Below are positions 19,114-27,474 of a stretch of DNA of 64,000 nucleotides, in pieces. The stretch is from the sequence record NC_028847.1. One strand, written 5' to 3'. Below the pieces are notes generated by a model that was not told where the DNA came from, ran no database searches, and worked only from the letters and a program-made list of their open reading frames with translations. Both the position numbers and the translations under genes were made by a program. The DNA comes from Escherichia phage QL01. Numbering within the stretch: position 1 is the first letter of the stretch; each line of letters begins with the position of its first letter.

Positions 19114-21198
19114 TTACCCTTGGATGAATTTTTCTGGGATGTCATAGAGGTCTATGCATGAAGCCAAAAGAGGCAGTACATCAAACCGTGTAGATTTAAC
19201 AAATGAATCAAAAGATAAGGGGCTTTCGGAAGTATCGAAGTCATCTTGATATACGACCAACTCGCCGGTTTCCATTAGTACATCACCATCATATACCACA
19301 GATTCTTGAAGCTCATCTGTTGTCATAACTTCAGCTTGAATGAGTTTTGTATTACTAGATGTTGTTCCATCATTATTAGAAGCATCTGTTATTTTATTAA
19401 CTTTGACCATTAATCCACGCGGTAGAATAACTTCGGCTTCAGTTGCTATTCCGAGATTTCCTGGATATACGACATTAACTTTATGGGCCCCATCAATAGC
19501 CCATCCTATTTGAACTTTAACATAATCAGGATTTTCTTTATATGCTCTTATTTCATTAGGATTAATAGTTATTCCTTCTTCATTTTTATCGACTGTCAAT
19601 TCATTGCGAACTTCAGGTTCTAAAAGACCGATACCAGCGTGCGTAACACCAAAACGTCCGAAAATTATAGGGGTCAATGAAGTGGATACAAAATTTCTAA
19701 AATAAAACACTTTATTTTTAACTAGTGCTTCGTATATAGGAGCAGTCATACTCTGGGCACGATAAACTGTGATGCCCTCTGGTATACGGTCGCCATTTTC
19801 AAAAGCAGAATCCAAATTATTAACTGCAGATTCGATATCTTTTTCGCTCATAACCTCATAGTTCTGAGGATTATAACGTCCTAAAAGAAGATTATTTATG
19901 TCTGTATATCCTGAACCACAATATTCTCTGATACCACGCTTTTGTGATGGAGTATATTTAGAACCCTCACGAGCAATAGTAATATCGACCATAATACCGC
20001 CACCTACACCAGCAAAACTATACACGCGTTTTTTAATGAACTTGGTCTTGGCCGCTTTCCACTTGGCCTCTGTCAATTCGTTCCAAAGGTCATCAGGTTG
20101 GCCTTTACGGGTTCTGTTATGAATAGCCAGCCACTCGCCTTTGTATTCTTCGAAAATGGTATTAATAGTAGAGGCATATTTTTCTAGGGCTTTAACAGAT
20201 GTCAAAGGTTCGTTTTTGATGGCCGTAAGGATTTTCTCTTTAATTTTCTCTTGGATTTCGCCAATACCGTGAAGTGGGAACAATTTGTAATCGTAATGCA
20301 ATTCTTCAGCAGTGCCTTCAGCCACTATATTAGCAACCTTATTTTTAGCCGCAGGAGAATTGTTATTAGTAACCATTTCCTGAGCCTCAGGGATTAATGG
20401 AACTGTTGCCGGTTTATTAAAATCTACTGCAGTAGCTTCATATTTCTTAAACAGCTCACTTTCATTACGATAAGATTCTAACGATTGACTTGCTGCAATG
20501 GCACGTCGAGAAATCTTAGTCTTGGTTATAACCATTTTATCAGTGCGACGTTCTTCAACCTTAGCAATACTACCGGCAATAGCAGTTTCTTTAGTAACCT
20601 GCATGCCTTCTTTTTTGGAAATATAAACTTCGCCGACATCAGAATCTACCTTAGTATACAATTCAGCATTAATTCCAGGCATACCTTTGATATCTTCTAT
20701 ATCAGCTTGTTTACGAACTACCAGGATGTAAGTATGTTTACCGGTAAATTGGTACATAGCCGGAACTACTTTAAAACGTCCACCTGTTTTCTGTGCTACC
20801 AAACGTTGGATAATCCGTTGAACGATAGGGCCTTGACCTTTCATTTTCTTAGTAGGGAAACGGAACATCACGGCATCCATACGAAGCTTTTTAACTTGGT
20901 CATAAACCACATCAAAAATAGTATTAATCGCATCTACGGGAGTAGGGCCTAGGCCACCTTTAAGTTCGGCAGGCGAACCTTTAGCTGAAAGGCTCATAAG
21001 GATAACGTGGGCATATTTATCACCCATCTTAACCTGTTTAATAGCATCACCTTCAGAAGCGTAGGATACCATACGCGCCACTAATTGGGATTCTGCGTCA
21101 CCAATCTTCCAAATCTGGGGTACTTTAAGTTTTGGGTTCAAGTTTACTGTAGGCAGTGTGCCTTCGGACTCAAACACTTCATTTAATTGTTCGGTCAT
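19114..21198 (-). CDS. alt: Alt-like ADP-ribosyltransferase paralogue C (694 aa)
   Basis: Same architecture; ART motifs VYRAQ, FVSTSL, EAEVILPRG; C-terminal tail shared with B (SFDSFVKST...PEKFIQG). Confidence 0.85.
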   Translation of the reverse strand: MTEQLNEVFESEGTLPTVNLNPKLKVPQIWKIGDAESQLVARMVSYASEGDAIKQVKMGDKYAHVILMSLSAKGSPAELKGGLGPTPVDAINTIFDVVYDQVKKLRMDAVMFRFPTKKMKGQGPIVQRIIQRLVAQKTGGRFKVVPAMYQFTGKHTYILVVRKQADIEDIKGMPGINAELYTKVDSDVGEVYISKKEGMQVTKETAIAGSIAKVEERRTDKMVITKTKISRRAIAASQSLESYRNESELFKKYEATAVDFNKPATVPLIPEAQEMVTNNNSPAAKNKVANIVAEGTAEELHYDYKLFPLHGIGEIQEKIKEKILTAIKNEPLTSVKALEKYASTINTIFEEYKGEWLAIHNRTRKGQPDDLWNELTEAKWKAAKTKFIKKRVYSFAGVGGGIMVDITIAREGSKYTPSQKRGIREYCGSGYTDINNLLLGRYNPQNYEVMSEKDIESAVNNLDSAFENGDRIPEGITVYRAQSMTAPIYEALVKNKVFYFRNFVSTSLTPIIFGRFGVTHAGIGLLEPEVRNELTVDKNEEGITINPNEIRAYKENPDYVKVQIGWAIDGAHKVNVVYPGNLGIATEAEVILPRGLMVKVNKITDASNNDGTTSSNTKLIQAEVMTTDELQESVVYDGDVLMETGELVVYQDDFDTSESPLSFDSFVKSTRFDVLPLLASCIDLYDIPEKFIQG

Positions 21199-21230
21199 AA
21201 TAATTCCTCTTTAATAACCTTATTTATGCC

Positions 21231-21252
21231 AGAAAAGGCCCGAAGGCCTTTA
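21231..21252 (-). terminator. Rho-independent terminator upstream of the alt array
   Basis: AAAGGCC-CGAA-GGCCTTT; on minus strand a CUUCGG-type hairpin followed by U-run. Confidence 0.55.
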
Positions 21253-21435
21253 TTAAAGTACTAACAGCGTACGGTACACTTCAAATTTAGGACCCTTTTC
21301 ATAGCGGTCGAAATTATCTTTAAAATCAGCGAACGCGATTTCATTTTCAAATTCAAGGACAATTTGGGACACTGCAGTGGAGACATCCCCACCTTCTTTA
21401 TATCCAATAACCACGGTTTCTAAATAAGCTTTCAT
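21253..21435 (-). CDS. Hypothetical small protein; start uncertain (alternative ATG at 21471)
   Basis: Track ORF starts at TTG; ATG at 21435 sits 1 nt after ligase stop. Confidence 0.35.
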   Translation of the reverse strand: MKAYLETVVIGYKEGGDVSTAVSQIVLEFENEIAFADFKDNFDRYEKGPKFEVYRTLLVL

Positions 21436-21436
21436 A

Positions 21437-22960
21437 TTATAGACCAGTTTGAGACCAATCACCGAATACATCTTCAAATGTATCAGCTTCTGTTTTATCG
21501 AAACGCCAACCTTTAATAATTGGAAGGAAAATACCTACAGTATCGGTACGTCCTTTAGAATGAACCCAACCATTACATTCACAGTCGGCAATACGGCCAA
21601 TCAATTTACCTTCACGAGCTTGTTTCATAAGAAGTTCACGGTCTAAATCAGGCCGGTCTTCCAATGGAATCAATACCTTTTTACCTGATTTATCTTTCTT
21701 ATGGGTGGTATCTTTAAAGCCTGAACCACAGTCACTTGTAATTCGACGACAACGTGATACTAATTCAACACCACCAAGTTTGTTAGGGTCCTTCGAGTGT
21801 TCATAATAACCTACTACTTCTAAAGCAATATCGATTACTTCTTTGAACTTGATAAGATTCTTAGAACGGCGGTTTTCCCAGTAGGAGTCCATGTTCTTAA
21901 GGATAATACCTTCCAGACCTTGGTCGACATATTTCTTATAAACGACTTTAGCTTCTTCAAGATTATTAACCCACTGGTTTTCGATAGCTTCAACACGCGT
22001 TGTGCCATGCAATACGACATTATGAGCCACCATAAGTTCTAAGGCTGTAAAGCGTACATCATACTTATCACCTTTAATTTTGCCTTCAGAATACACGACA
22101 TCCAGTGGGACATAATCCCATGCCTGTAATACCATACCAGCGGCTTCAGATGGGGTGATAGTTCCTTGAAGAGCCTTATTAGCCAATCCATTTGACGTAG
22201 AACGATCGGCGACAGTTTGGAATTCTTTGGCTTTACTTAATTCAGGAAGTTCCTCGTCAAACATACTAAACAAATCATTAGATGCTTTAGGTTCAACTTT
22301 AGGAGTATGGTAAACTAATTCGCCATCAATCATAACGCCATTAGGATGACGTTGACGAGCTTCTTCGGTCATCGCCATTAATTCAGCAGCTAAAAGATGA
22401 AGCCCTTGGTATTCATTACCACCACGAGTAAGGAATGTCACACCATCGTTACGAACTTCGGCAAAACAACGAGCACCATCAGCTTTTAATTGAGCAAACG
22501 CTGGCCATTTAATATTTTTCTTAATCAAAGCTTCATCATAAGAACTCGCCAACATCTGCTGTTGTTCAGGGATTAAACCTTTCCAAACCTTGTTAGCAAT
22601 AGAAATCGATGCACCACATTCAAGGTCGCGCATCATTACACGACGTAATACCTCGGCATCCGGGGCCTTAGCATCAGCAATGATTTGAGCCAGTTCTTCA
22701 ATAGCCGCATTACCCGTAATCTTACGTGTGGCTAATGTGAATTCAGCGAAATCAAGAAGGTCCTCAAGAGTAATCATACCAAAGGATTGAGATGTAAATC
22801 CAGGTTCTGGCCACTTTTTAATACCGTAGTTCAGACGACGGGTATAAGCCATACGATAAACACGTTTCAGAAGCTCATTGTCCTTTTCACGAGCAATAAT
22901 GGCTTCTTTAGCTTTAGTAGAATCAATAGCAGCAATTTCGTTTAAAATATCTAAAATCAT
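21437..22960 (-). CDS. 30: ATP-dependent DNA ligase gp30
   Basis: MILDILNEIAAIDSTKAKEAI... matches recalled T4 ligase N-terminus; KADGAR adenylation motif; start at internal ATG with SD GAGGTGATT. Confidence 0.9.
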   Translation of the reverse strand: MILDILNEIAAIDSTKAKEAIIAREKDNELLKRVYRMAYTRRLNYGIKKWPEPGFTSQSFGMITLEDLLDFAEFTLATRKITGNAAIEELAQIIADAKAPDAEVLRRVMMRDLECGASISIANKVWKGLIPEQQQMLASSYDEALIKKNIKWPAFAQLKADGARCFAEVRNDGVTFLTRGGNEYQGLHLLAAELMAMTEEARQRHPNGVMIDGELVYHTPKVEPKASNDLFSMFDEELPELSKAKEFQTVADRSTSNGLANKALQGTITPSEAAGMVLQAWDYVPLDVVYSEGKIKGDKYDVRFTALELMVAHNVVLHGTTRVEAIENQWVNNLEEAKVVYKKYVDQGLEGIILKNMDSYWENRRSKNLIKFKEVIDIALEVVGYYEHSKDPNKLGGVELVSRCRRITSDCGSGFKDTTHKKDKSGKKVLIPLEDRPDLDRELLMKQAREGKLIGRIADCECNGWVHSKGRTDTVGIFLPIIKGWRFDKTEADTFEDVFGDWSQTGL

Positions 22961-22970
22961 AATCACCTCA

Positions 22971-23249
22971 TTAGTCATGGATTCTATTATAAGCCACATC
23001 AGCCAAAAGCAAGTCTAATCGCTTATGATAAGAGAACACAAATCTCATTCGCCCATCAGATTTGAACTTGGACATAAAGTGGACATAAATGAATCCCTGT
23101 TCGACGCATTCGCGCCAAACAGGATGGTCTTTAGCCGGATTTACATCAAATGAGTAATCATGATTCACATGACGAATAAACTGGTTTACATGACCATAAT
23201 CCATTGTAGTGGTAGGACCATAGTCTGAAATTGTATGAACTACAAACAT
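22971..23249 (-). CDS. Hypothetical protein (30.1 position)
   Basis: 92 aa from ATG with SD GAGGT immediately after upstream stop. Confidence 0.5.
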   Translation of the reverse strand: MFVVHTISDYGPTTTMDYGHVNQFIRHVNHDYSFDVNPAKDHPVWRECVEQGFIYVHFMSKFKSDGRMRFVFSYHKRLDLLLADVAYNRIHD

Positions 23250-23250
23250 A

Positions 23251-23889
23251 TTAACCTCGAGCAATCCATTCAACTGCGGCATTATTACGAAGGGATTCGA
23301 TTGCTGCGATATCGTCCCATGAATTAACCTTTACGGCCAAATTAGGTTTAAAGTCACGTTCACCACGAGCCAACCAATAAACTTGGATATCCATGAGAAC
23401 ATTAGATGCGGCATCACAGTGGTGAGCCAAATCATCAACATAAAACTTAATACGTTTACCGTACGTATTTTTAGCTCTTATGAAGAGGTCTTCTTTTGAT
23501 TCTGAATGACCACACATCAGAATCTCCTTGAATGCGCCAGGGAACAAAGCATTCAAATTGAATTGTCTATTCAGCAGTGCATCAATTGAGTCGCCTAGCG
23601 CAGTCACGGCTACAAAATCGAAGTCTTTTTTGAGCTTGTTGATATGTTTTAATGCGTCCATGTAAGGAGACAGATAACGAATAAAATCTGACTGATTGTA
23701 CTTCTCGATTAAACGAGCGCCTAATTCATTATCACAATTAAACAGCTCACCAGGAGATAAGAAACGTTCGTCCTGAATCATATTCAAAATATGTTCTAAA
23801 GGCAAATTATATTTCTGTGCGAAATAAGGCAAGCCGGACTGCCAACTTAAACATACTCCATCGATATCTGTTAAGATAACTGGTTTCAT
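23251..23889 (-). CDS. HAD-superfamily-like hydrolase (30.2 position)
   Basis: 212 aa; N-terminal ILTDIDGV resembles HAD motif I (DxDG[TV]); ATGA-coupled to upstream gene. Confidence 0.55.
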   Translation of the reverse strand: MKPVILTDIDGVCLSWQSGLPYFAQKYNLPLEHILNMIQDERFLSPGELFNCDNELGARLIEKYNQSDFIRYLSPYMDALKHINKLKKDFDFVAVTALGDSIDALLNRQFNLNALFPGAFKEILMCGHSESKEDLFIRAKNTYGKRIKFYVDDLAHHCDAASNVLMDIQVYWLARGERDFKPNLAVKVNSWDDIAAIESLRNNAAVEWIARG

Positions 23890-24344
23890 AATAAATCTCT
23901 CAATTTGTTTAGGATGTCGATAAACTCTTTTTCAGTTAGTATTGTATCACATTCTGTAAGGTGGCTCGCCATCGAATGCTTTAAAACTTTGCCCTTTGTA
24001 GCTTGTAATGCGTCGCGGAATCCTTTGTTTTGGAGCGCTGCTTCAAAATATGCATTTGTATACAACTCTTTCCATGATGTAGAGTATCTTGAAAAGGGAA
24101 TTCCAAGCCAGAAAAGCGTCCCACGGTCCGCAGCTCTTGCATAAGCTCTTCCAGTTTGTTGTGCGGCCAGACCGGACATCCCAAATATACGTTTTTGTTG
24201 TTCATGATTTCTCACCTTACACCCTTGGAGGAATCCTTCGAGCCCTCCAAATTGGATACCATCCATAACGAAAGGCCATTTAGCAAAGTTACTTAATGCA
24301 CATGATGGCCATGGAAAATTGCTTCTTATTTCTAACTCAGACAT
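23886..24344 (-). CDS. NADAR/YbiA-like protein (30.3 position); start uncertain (track start is GTG at 24353)
   Basis: CALSNFAKWPFVMDGIQFGGLEGFLQGCKV resembles the NADAR core block (FSNF..WP..vDG..w...EhyFQA.Kf) recalled from E. coli YbiA. Confidence 0.55.
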   Translation of the reverse strand: MSELEIRSNFPWPSCALSNFAKWPFVMDGIQFGGLEGFLQGCKVRNHEQQKRIFGMSGLAAQQTGRAYARAADRGTLFWLGIPFSRYSTSWKELYTNAYFEAALQNKGFRDALQATKGKVLKHSMASHLTECDTILTEKEFIDILNKLRDLL

Positions 24345-24549
24345 CTTTGACACTTATAATTTCGACATCAGCCCAATGACCATAACCAGGTAGACGGTCT
24401 TCAATAGATAATCCGCCATCAGATTTCAGCATTTTAATTGTTTTAGTATATGGTTCATCTTGTGGATGCACAGGAGATAAATCAGTTACACGATAAGTCA
24501 CTTCGACCATTTCCGTACCTAATAATTTCTGAATCAATTTCTTAAACAT
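24337..24549 (-). CDS. Hypothetical small protein
   Basis: 70-aa ORF, tightly packed. Confidence 0.5.
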   Translation of the reverse strand: MFKKLIQKLLGTEMVEVTYRVTDLSPVHPQDEPYTKTIKMLKSDGGLSIEDRLPGYGHWADVEIISVKDV

Positions 24550-24550
24550 A

Positions 24551-24745
24551 TTATCCTCGCTTTAAACATTTGATTACAGACAGTTCACCGCCCATGCGAA
24601 CGTCTTCAGTTCCATCGACCCATAAGACGGTGTAGGCTTCTTTAATAGTAACATTACCTAATTTAAAAGCAGGTAGAACCTTGGAAATCATTCCAGGAAT
24701 ACCTACACCTTTTAACTGAACCGTTTGCGATAAGAATAATTTCAT
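24551..24745 (-). CDS. Hypothetical small protein
   Basis: 64-aa ORF. Confidence 0.5.
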   Translation of the reverse strand: MKLFLSQTVQLKGVGIPGMISKVLPAFKLGNVTIKEAYTVLWVDGTEDVRMGGELSVIKCLKRG

Positions 24746-24746
24746 G

Positions 24747-25043
24747 TTAGCCTCGGTATTTCATTTGGAAGCAATGCTGCTCGTCACATTCAATAAAGAA
24801 CTTGCGGTCTGCAGCAGAAATAATAATTCGTTCATCTTGACGGGCGTCCGTTTTGATAGATTTCATATCATAAGACACTTTATCATACGGTATATAGATT
24901 TTATACACGTCGCCATTCTGGGCGAAATCAACACGGAATAGCTCTAGACCTATTAAATCAGTTACAAGACTGTTTATAGCATAGAACCCGTCAAGCTGGC
25001 TAGTAGGCAAACAGTACCATTTACCTTCAATAAACTCTAACAT
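24747..25043 (-). CDS. Hypothetical protein
   Basis: Track ORF begins at TTG; first ATG gives 98 aa (MLEFIEGKWY...). Confidence 0.5.
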   Translation of the reverse strand: MLEFIEGKWYCLPTSQLDGFYAINSLVTDLIGLELFRVDFAQNGDVYKIYIPYDKVSYDMKSIKTDARQDERIIISAADRKFFIECDEQHCFQMKYRG

Positions 25044-25051
25044 AATTAACC

Positions 25052-25339
25052 TCAATATCTCATCTGAAAGCCGTGTGATTTAACATTACCACCATAGATG
25101 TCAGAGGTATTGACTTCACGGGCGACACTTGGGTCGATATTGATATCATGGTTGAGCTTAGTGATTGCTAGGGTATCACGACCATTAACAGTACGGAATT
25201 CTACCGGGCATACAACATCAGCATAGGCCTTAATAGATTCACGAGTGGGTTGTTTGTCGGCAGGAACGTCTTTACCTGCTTTAGAGAAAACAACTTCACA
25301 GAAATTTTTACGAGTATCAAAATAAGTGGTCATAAACAT
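25052..25339 (-). CDS. Hypothetical protein
   Basis: Start at internal ATG preceded by SD GAGGAAAATATT; the upstream in-frame ATG lies inside an intercistronic hairpin. Confidence 0.5.
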   Translation of the reverse strand: MFMTTYFDTRKNFCEVVFSKAGKDVPADKQPTRESIKAYADVVCPVEFRTVNGRDTLAITKLNHDINIDPSVAREVNTSDIYGGNVKSHGFQMRY

Positions 25340-25354
25340 AATATTTTCCTCAAA

Positions 25355-25370
25355 GGAGGCCGAAGCCTCC
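25355..25370 (-). other. Intercistronic CUUCGG-tetraloop RNA hairpin
   Basis: GGAGGC-CGAA-GCCTCC (minus strand GGAGGCUUCGGCCUCC) between a stop codon and the next RBS; identical copy at 63002-63017. Confidence 0.6.
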
Positions 25371-25380
25371 ATTTTTAAGA

Positions 25381-25746
25381 TTAGATGTCGAATTCATTCA
25401 GAACTACATCAAAGATTGCTTCCAGGTGTTCAGGTTTAGCTCGGTTGCTCAGGATGTGACGAATCCAAGTTTTAACCAGAAGCTTACGATTAACACCGTT
25501 CCAGCAAGGATGGGTACCTAAATCACGTTGACGGAAATCATCATCTAAAGCGATTTTAAAAGTAGAACCTTCCATTGTGATTGAAACCGTAATACCATTT
25601 TCAAAGCGCATATAAACGTAGTTAGGAGTCATGCACTGTTCGATTTCGCACACCGCGCCGTTGTTGTGTTTCCACAGGCAAATAACTTCAGAAGAACCAG
25701 CGATACCGTTAGAAACATATTTACGTTCGAAGTTGATGTAGTTCAT
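25381..25746 (-). CDS. Hypothetical protein
   Basis: 121-aa ORF; SD GGAGAATAAA; preceded by promoter/stem-loop cassette. Confidence 0.55.
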   Translation of the reverse strand: MNYINFERKYVSNGIAGSSEVICLWKHNNGAVCEIEQCMTPNYVYMRFENGITVSITMEGSTFKIALDDDFRQRDLGTHPCWNGVNRKLLVKTWIRHILSNRAKPEHLEAIFDVVLNEFDI

Positions 25747-25776
25747 TTTATTCTCCAGTTTGTTTTCGTATTATTT

Positions 25777-25817
25777 GGTACAGGTCTATAATAACACAAC
25801 CTGTACCAAAGTAAAAC
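25777..25817 (-). promoter_or_regulatory. Promoter-early-stem-loop (PeSL)-like cassette
   Basis: 9-bp inverted repeat GGTACAGGT/ACCTGTACC whose loop carries a -10-like TATTAT, with GTTTTAC -35-like element 17 nt upstream. Confidence 0.45.
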
Positions 25818-25819
25818 AT

Positions 25820-26152
25820 TTATTTCACAACATTCCAATTTTTCATATCAAGTTTACCAACTTTTTTCATCTGAGCAATCAGACGTTCAGCACGTGTACG
25901 GGCATTAACATAATAGAATTCACCATTTTTGTTTTCTTCAATACGACCAGTAATTACAGTTTTCAGTTCATAAATCCAACCTGTAAAGAAGTTGTGAAGC
26001 TCGATGGTGAATGTAAAATCAGTACCCATACCTTCAGTTGTTTCAACTTCGATGATATCACCTTCAACTGCAGTCAGGACCCACATGGTTTCTTGATATT
26101 CACCGTTGAAACATTTAGCTTTAACAGATGCATTCAGATTTACAGTTTTCAT
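25820..26152 (-). CDS. Hypothetical protein
   Basis: 110-aa ORF; 5' leader nearly identical to that of the gene at 25381..25746. Confidence 0.55.
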   Translation of the reverse strand: MKTVNLNASVKAKCFNGEYQETMWVLTAVEGDIIEVETTEGMGTDFTFTIELHNFFTGWIYELKTVITGRIEENKNGEFYYVNARTRAERLIAQMKKVGKLDMKNWNVVK

Positions 26153-26193
26153 TTTATTCTCCAGTTTGTTTTAGTATTATTTGGTACATGTCT

Positions 26194-26222
26194 ATAGTAT
26201 CATGCCTACCGGAGATGTACAC
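26194..26222 (-). promoter_or_regulatory. Early-type promoter (GTGTAC, 17 nt, TACTAT)
   Basis: Spacing matches T4 early promoters; directly downstream of a terminator hairpin. Confidence 0.45.
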
Positions 26223-26244
26223 CCTTTTTTAAAGATTTAGAAAC

Positions 26245-26270
26245 AAAAATGGGACTCCGAAGAGTCCCAT
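26245..26270 (-). terminator. Rho-independent terminator after the 53-aa basic-protein gene
   Basis: GGGACTC-CGAA-GAGTCCC; minus strand hairpin followed by AUUUUUGUUU. Confidence 0.6.
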
Positions 26271-26273
26271 AAC

Positions 26274-26435
26274 TTATGCCTGAGGCTTACCAAAGCAAGC
26301 AGCATCTGCACGCAATACTGCACGAGCACGAGCTTGAAGCTTATCAACTACCTGATTGATACGCTTGTTGGACGCACGCTTGTAACCAGCGCGTTTAGAG
26401 GTACCGTCAACTACTTTAACTTCTTTCTTAGCCAT
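26274..26435 (-). CDS. Small highly basic protein (53 aa)
   Basis: MAKKEVKVVDGTSKRAGYKRASNKRINQVVDKLQARARAVLRADAACFGKPQA; own promoter, long leader and terminator; under 60 aa so absent from ORF track. Confidence 0.5.
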   Translation of the reverse strand: MAKKEVKVVDGTSKRAGYKRASNKRINQVVDKLQARARAVLRADAACFGKPQA

Positions 26436-26590
26436 TTTAAATCTCTTAAATTAGGATGCAGGACTTATTGGCGTTGCCTGCGCAAGCCCTCAAGGGGAAC
26501 ATAGGTTTCGGATATTTAACGACAGGATAACCATAAACCTCGTCATCATACCAACCACGACTTAGACAGATAACCTTTTTCTGACGCGTG

Positions 26591-26609
26591 ATAGTACAAA
26601 ATACATTCA
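26591..26609 (-). promoter_or_regulatory. Early-type promoter (GTGTAC, 17 nt, TACTAT) heading a ~150-nt leader for the 53-aa gene
   Basis: Same hexamers and spacing as the promoter at 26194-26222. Confidence 0.4.
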
Positions 26610-26697
26610 AGAGGTACACCGTAAAACTGTTGGGGTCTTAAAACTATAATGATTCGCAAATCATTAATCAAACAGTTCGACGGCTCCTCGATTTAAC

Positions 26698-26946
26698 TTA
26701 CTTCAGGGTAATAATAAAATGACGTACTGCTTTACGAGCTGCTGAAGCCAAAGGCTTAGCAAATTTCAGTTCATCTTTAGCTTCCAGTTCAGCAGCCAGA
26801 GTAGCCTGAGCAGGATTCAGATGTTTGAAATAACGCAGGATTTCCAGTGCTTCGGCCTCAACATCAATAGATGCGCCGTAGTTTTCGTGACCGTTGTTCC
26901 AAGCGTTGCGTTGCAGTTCAAGAGCGTGATTCAATTGTTTGTTCAT
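26698..26946 (-). CDS. rIII: rIII lysis-inhibition accessory protein
   Basis: 82 aa (T4 rIII is 82 aa); immediately upstream of gene 31 as in T4; sequence not independently recalled. Confidence 0.55.
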   Translation of the reverse strand: MNKQLNHALELQRNAWNNGHENYGASIDVEAEALEILRYFKHLNPAQATLAAELEAKDELKFAKPLASAARKAVRHFIITLK

Positions 26947-27092
26947 TTTAGTTTCTCAATTCGAGATAAAGATTGGTGGACACGTTCTTCTGAATTTCAC
27001 TTCCTTTCGGCAAGTCTCTCAGTTGTAGTCCACCGCTTAGGATTCTCCGGTTAACTAACTAGTCCGGCAGCCAATCCATATTATTATTTATA

Positions 27093-27416
27093 TCACTTAT
27101 AAAGGCAAGGAATAGCTTTATAGTGACAGGTAACGAATTTTTGTTTAATTTCTTTAGGTTGTTTAATACCCAATGCAACCAACGGATGAGGCACGTTAGC
27201 AATCTTACCAACAGGAAGTGGAGTCAAATCGCCTACTTCACAAAAATCTTCAGGGACATCAGGTCCTACAGAATAAATTTCACAAAGTTCAGGGATTTCA
27301 CCTTGATGAAGTTTGCCAATAACGATACCAGATGCAGTAGTTTCTTCATCACCGGCTTGTTTTGGTTCGGAAACGAGAATAACATATTCTCCGACCGCTT
27401 TAATAGGAAGTTCCAT
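27093..27416 (-). CDS. 31: Co-chaperonin gp31 (GroES-like)
   Basis: 107 aa (T4 gp31 is 111 aa); GroES-like N-terminus; position. Confidence 0.8.
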   Translation of the reverse strand: MELPIKAVGEYVILVSEPKQAGDEETTASGIVIGKLHQGEIPELCEIYSVGPDVPEDFCEVGDLTPLPVGKIANVPHPLVALGIKQPKEIKQKFVTCHYKAIPCLYK

Positions 27417-27474
27417 ATTTAATCCATATTGTTTTGTTGATAGATTAATAATAACACGCTATTCTTAAAGCATA

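Noticed and set aside
26440-26700. Possible tRNA or small protein gene in the 260-bp gap
   Set aside because: No cloverleaf-compatible segment with T-loop GTTCGAATC-like sequence noticed and no ORF over 21 codons; kept only as a candidate leader or regulatory RNA
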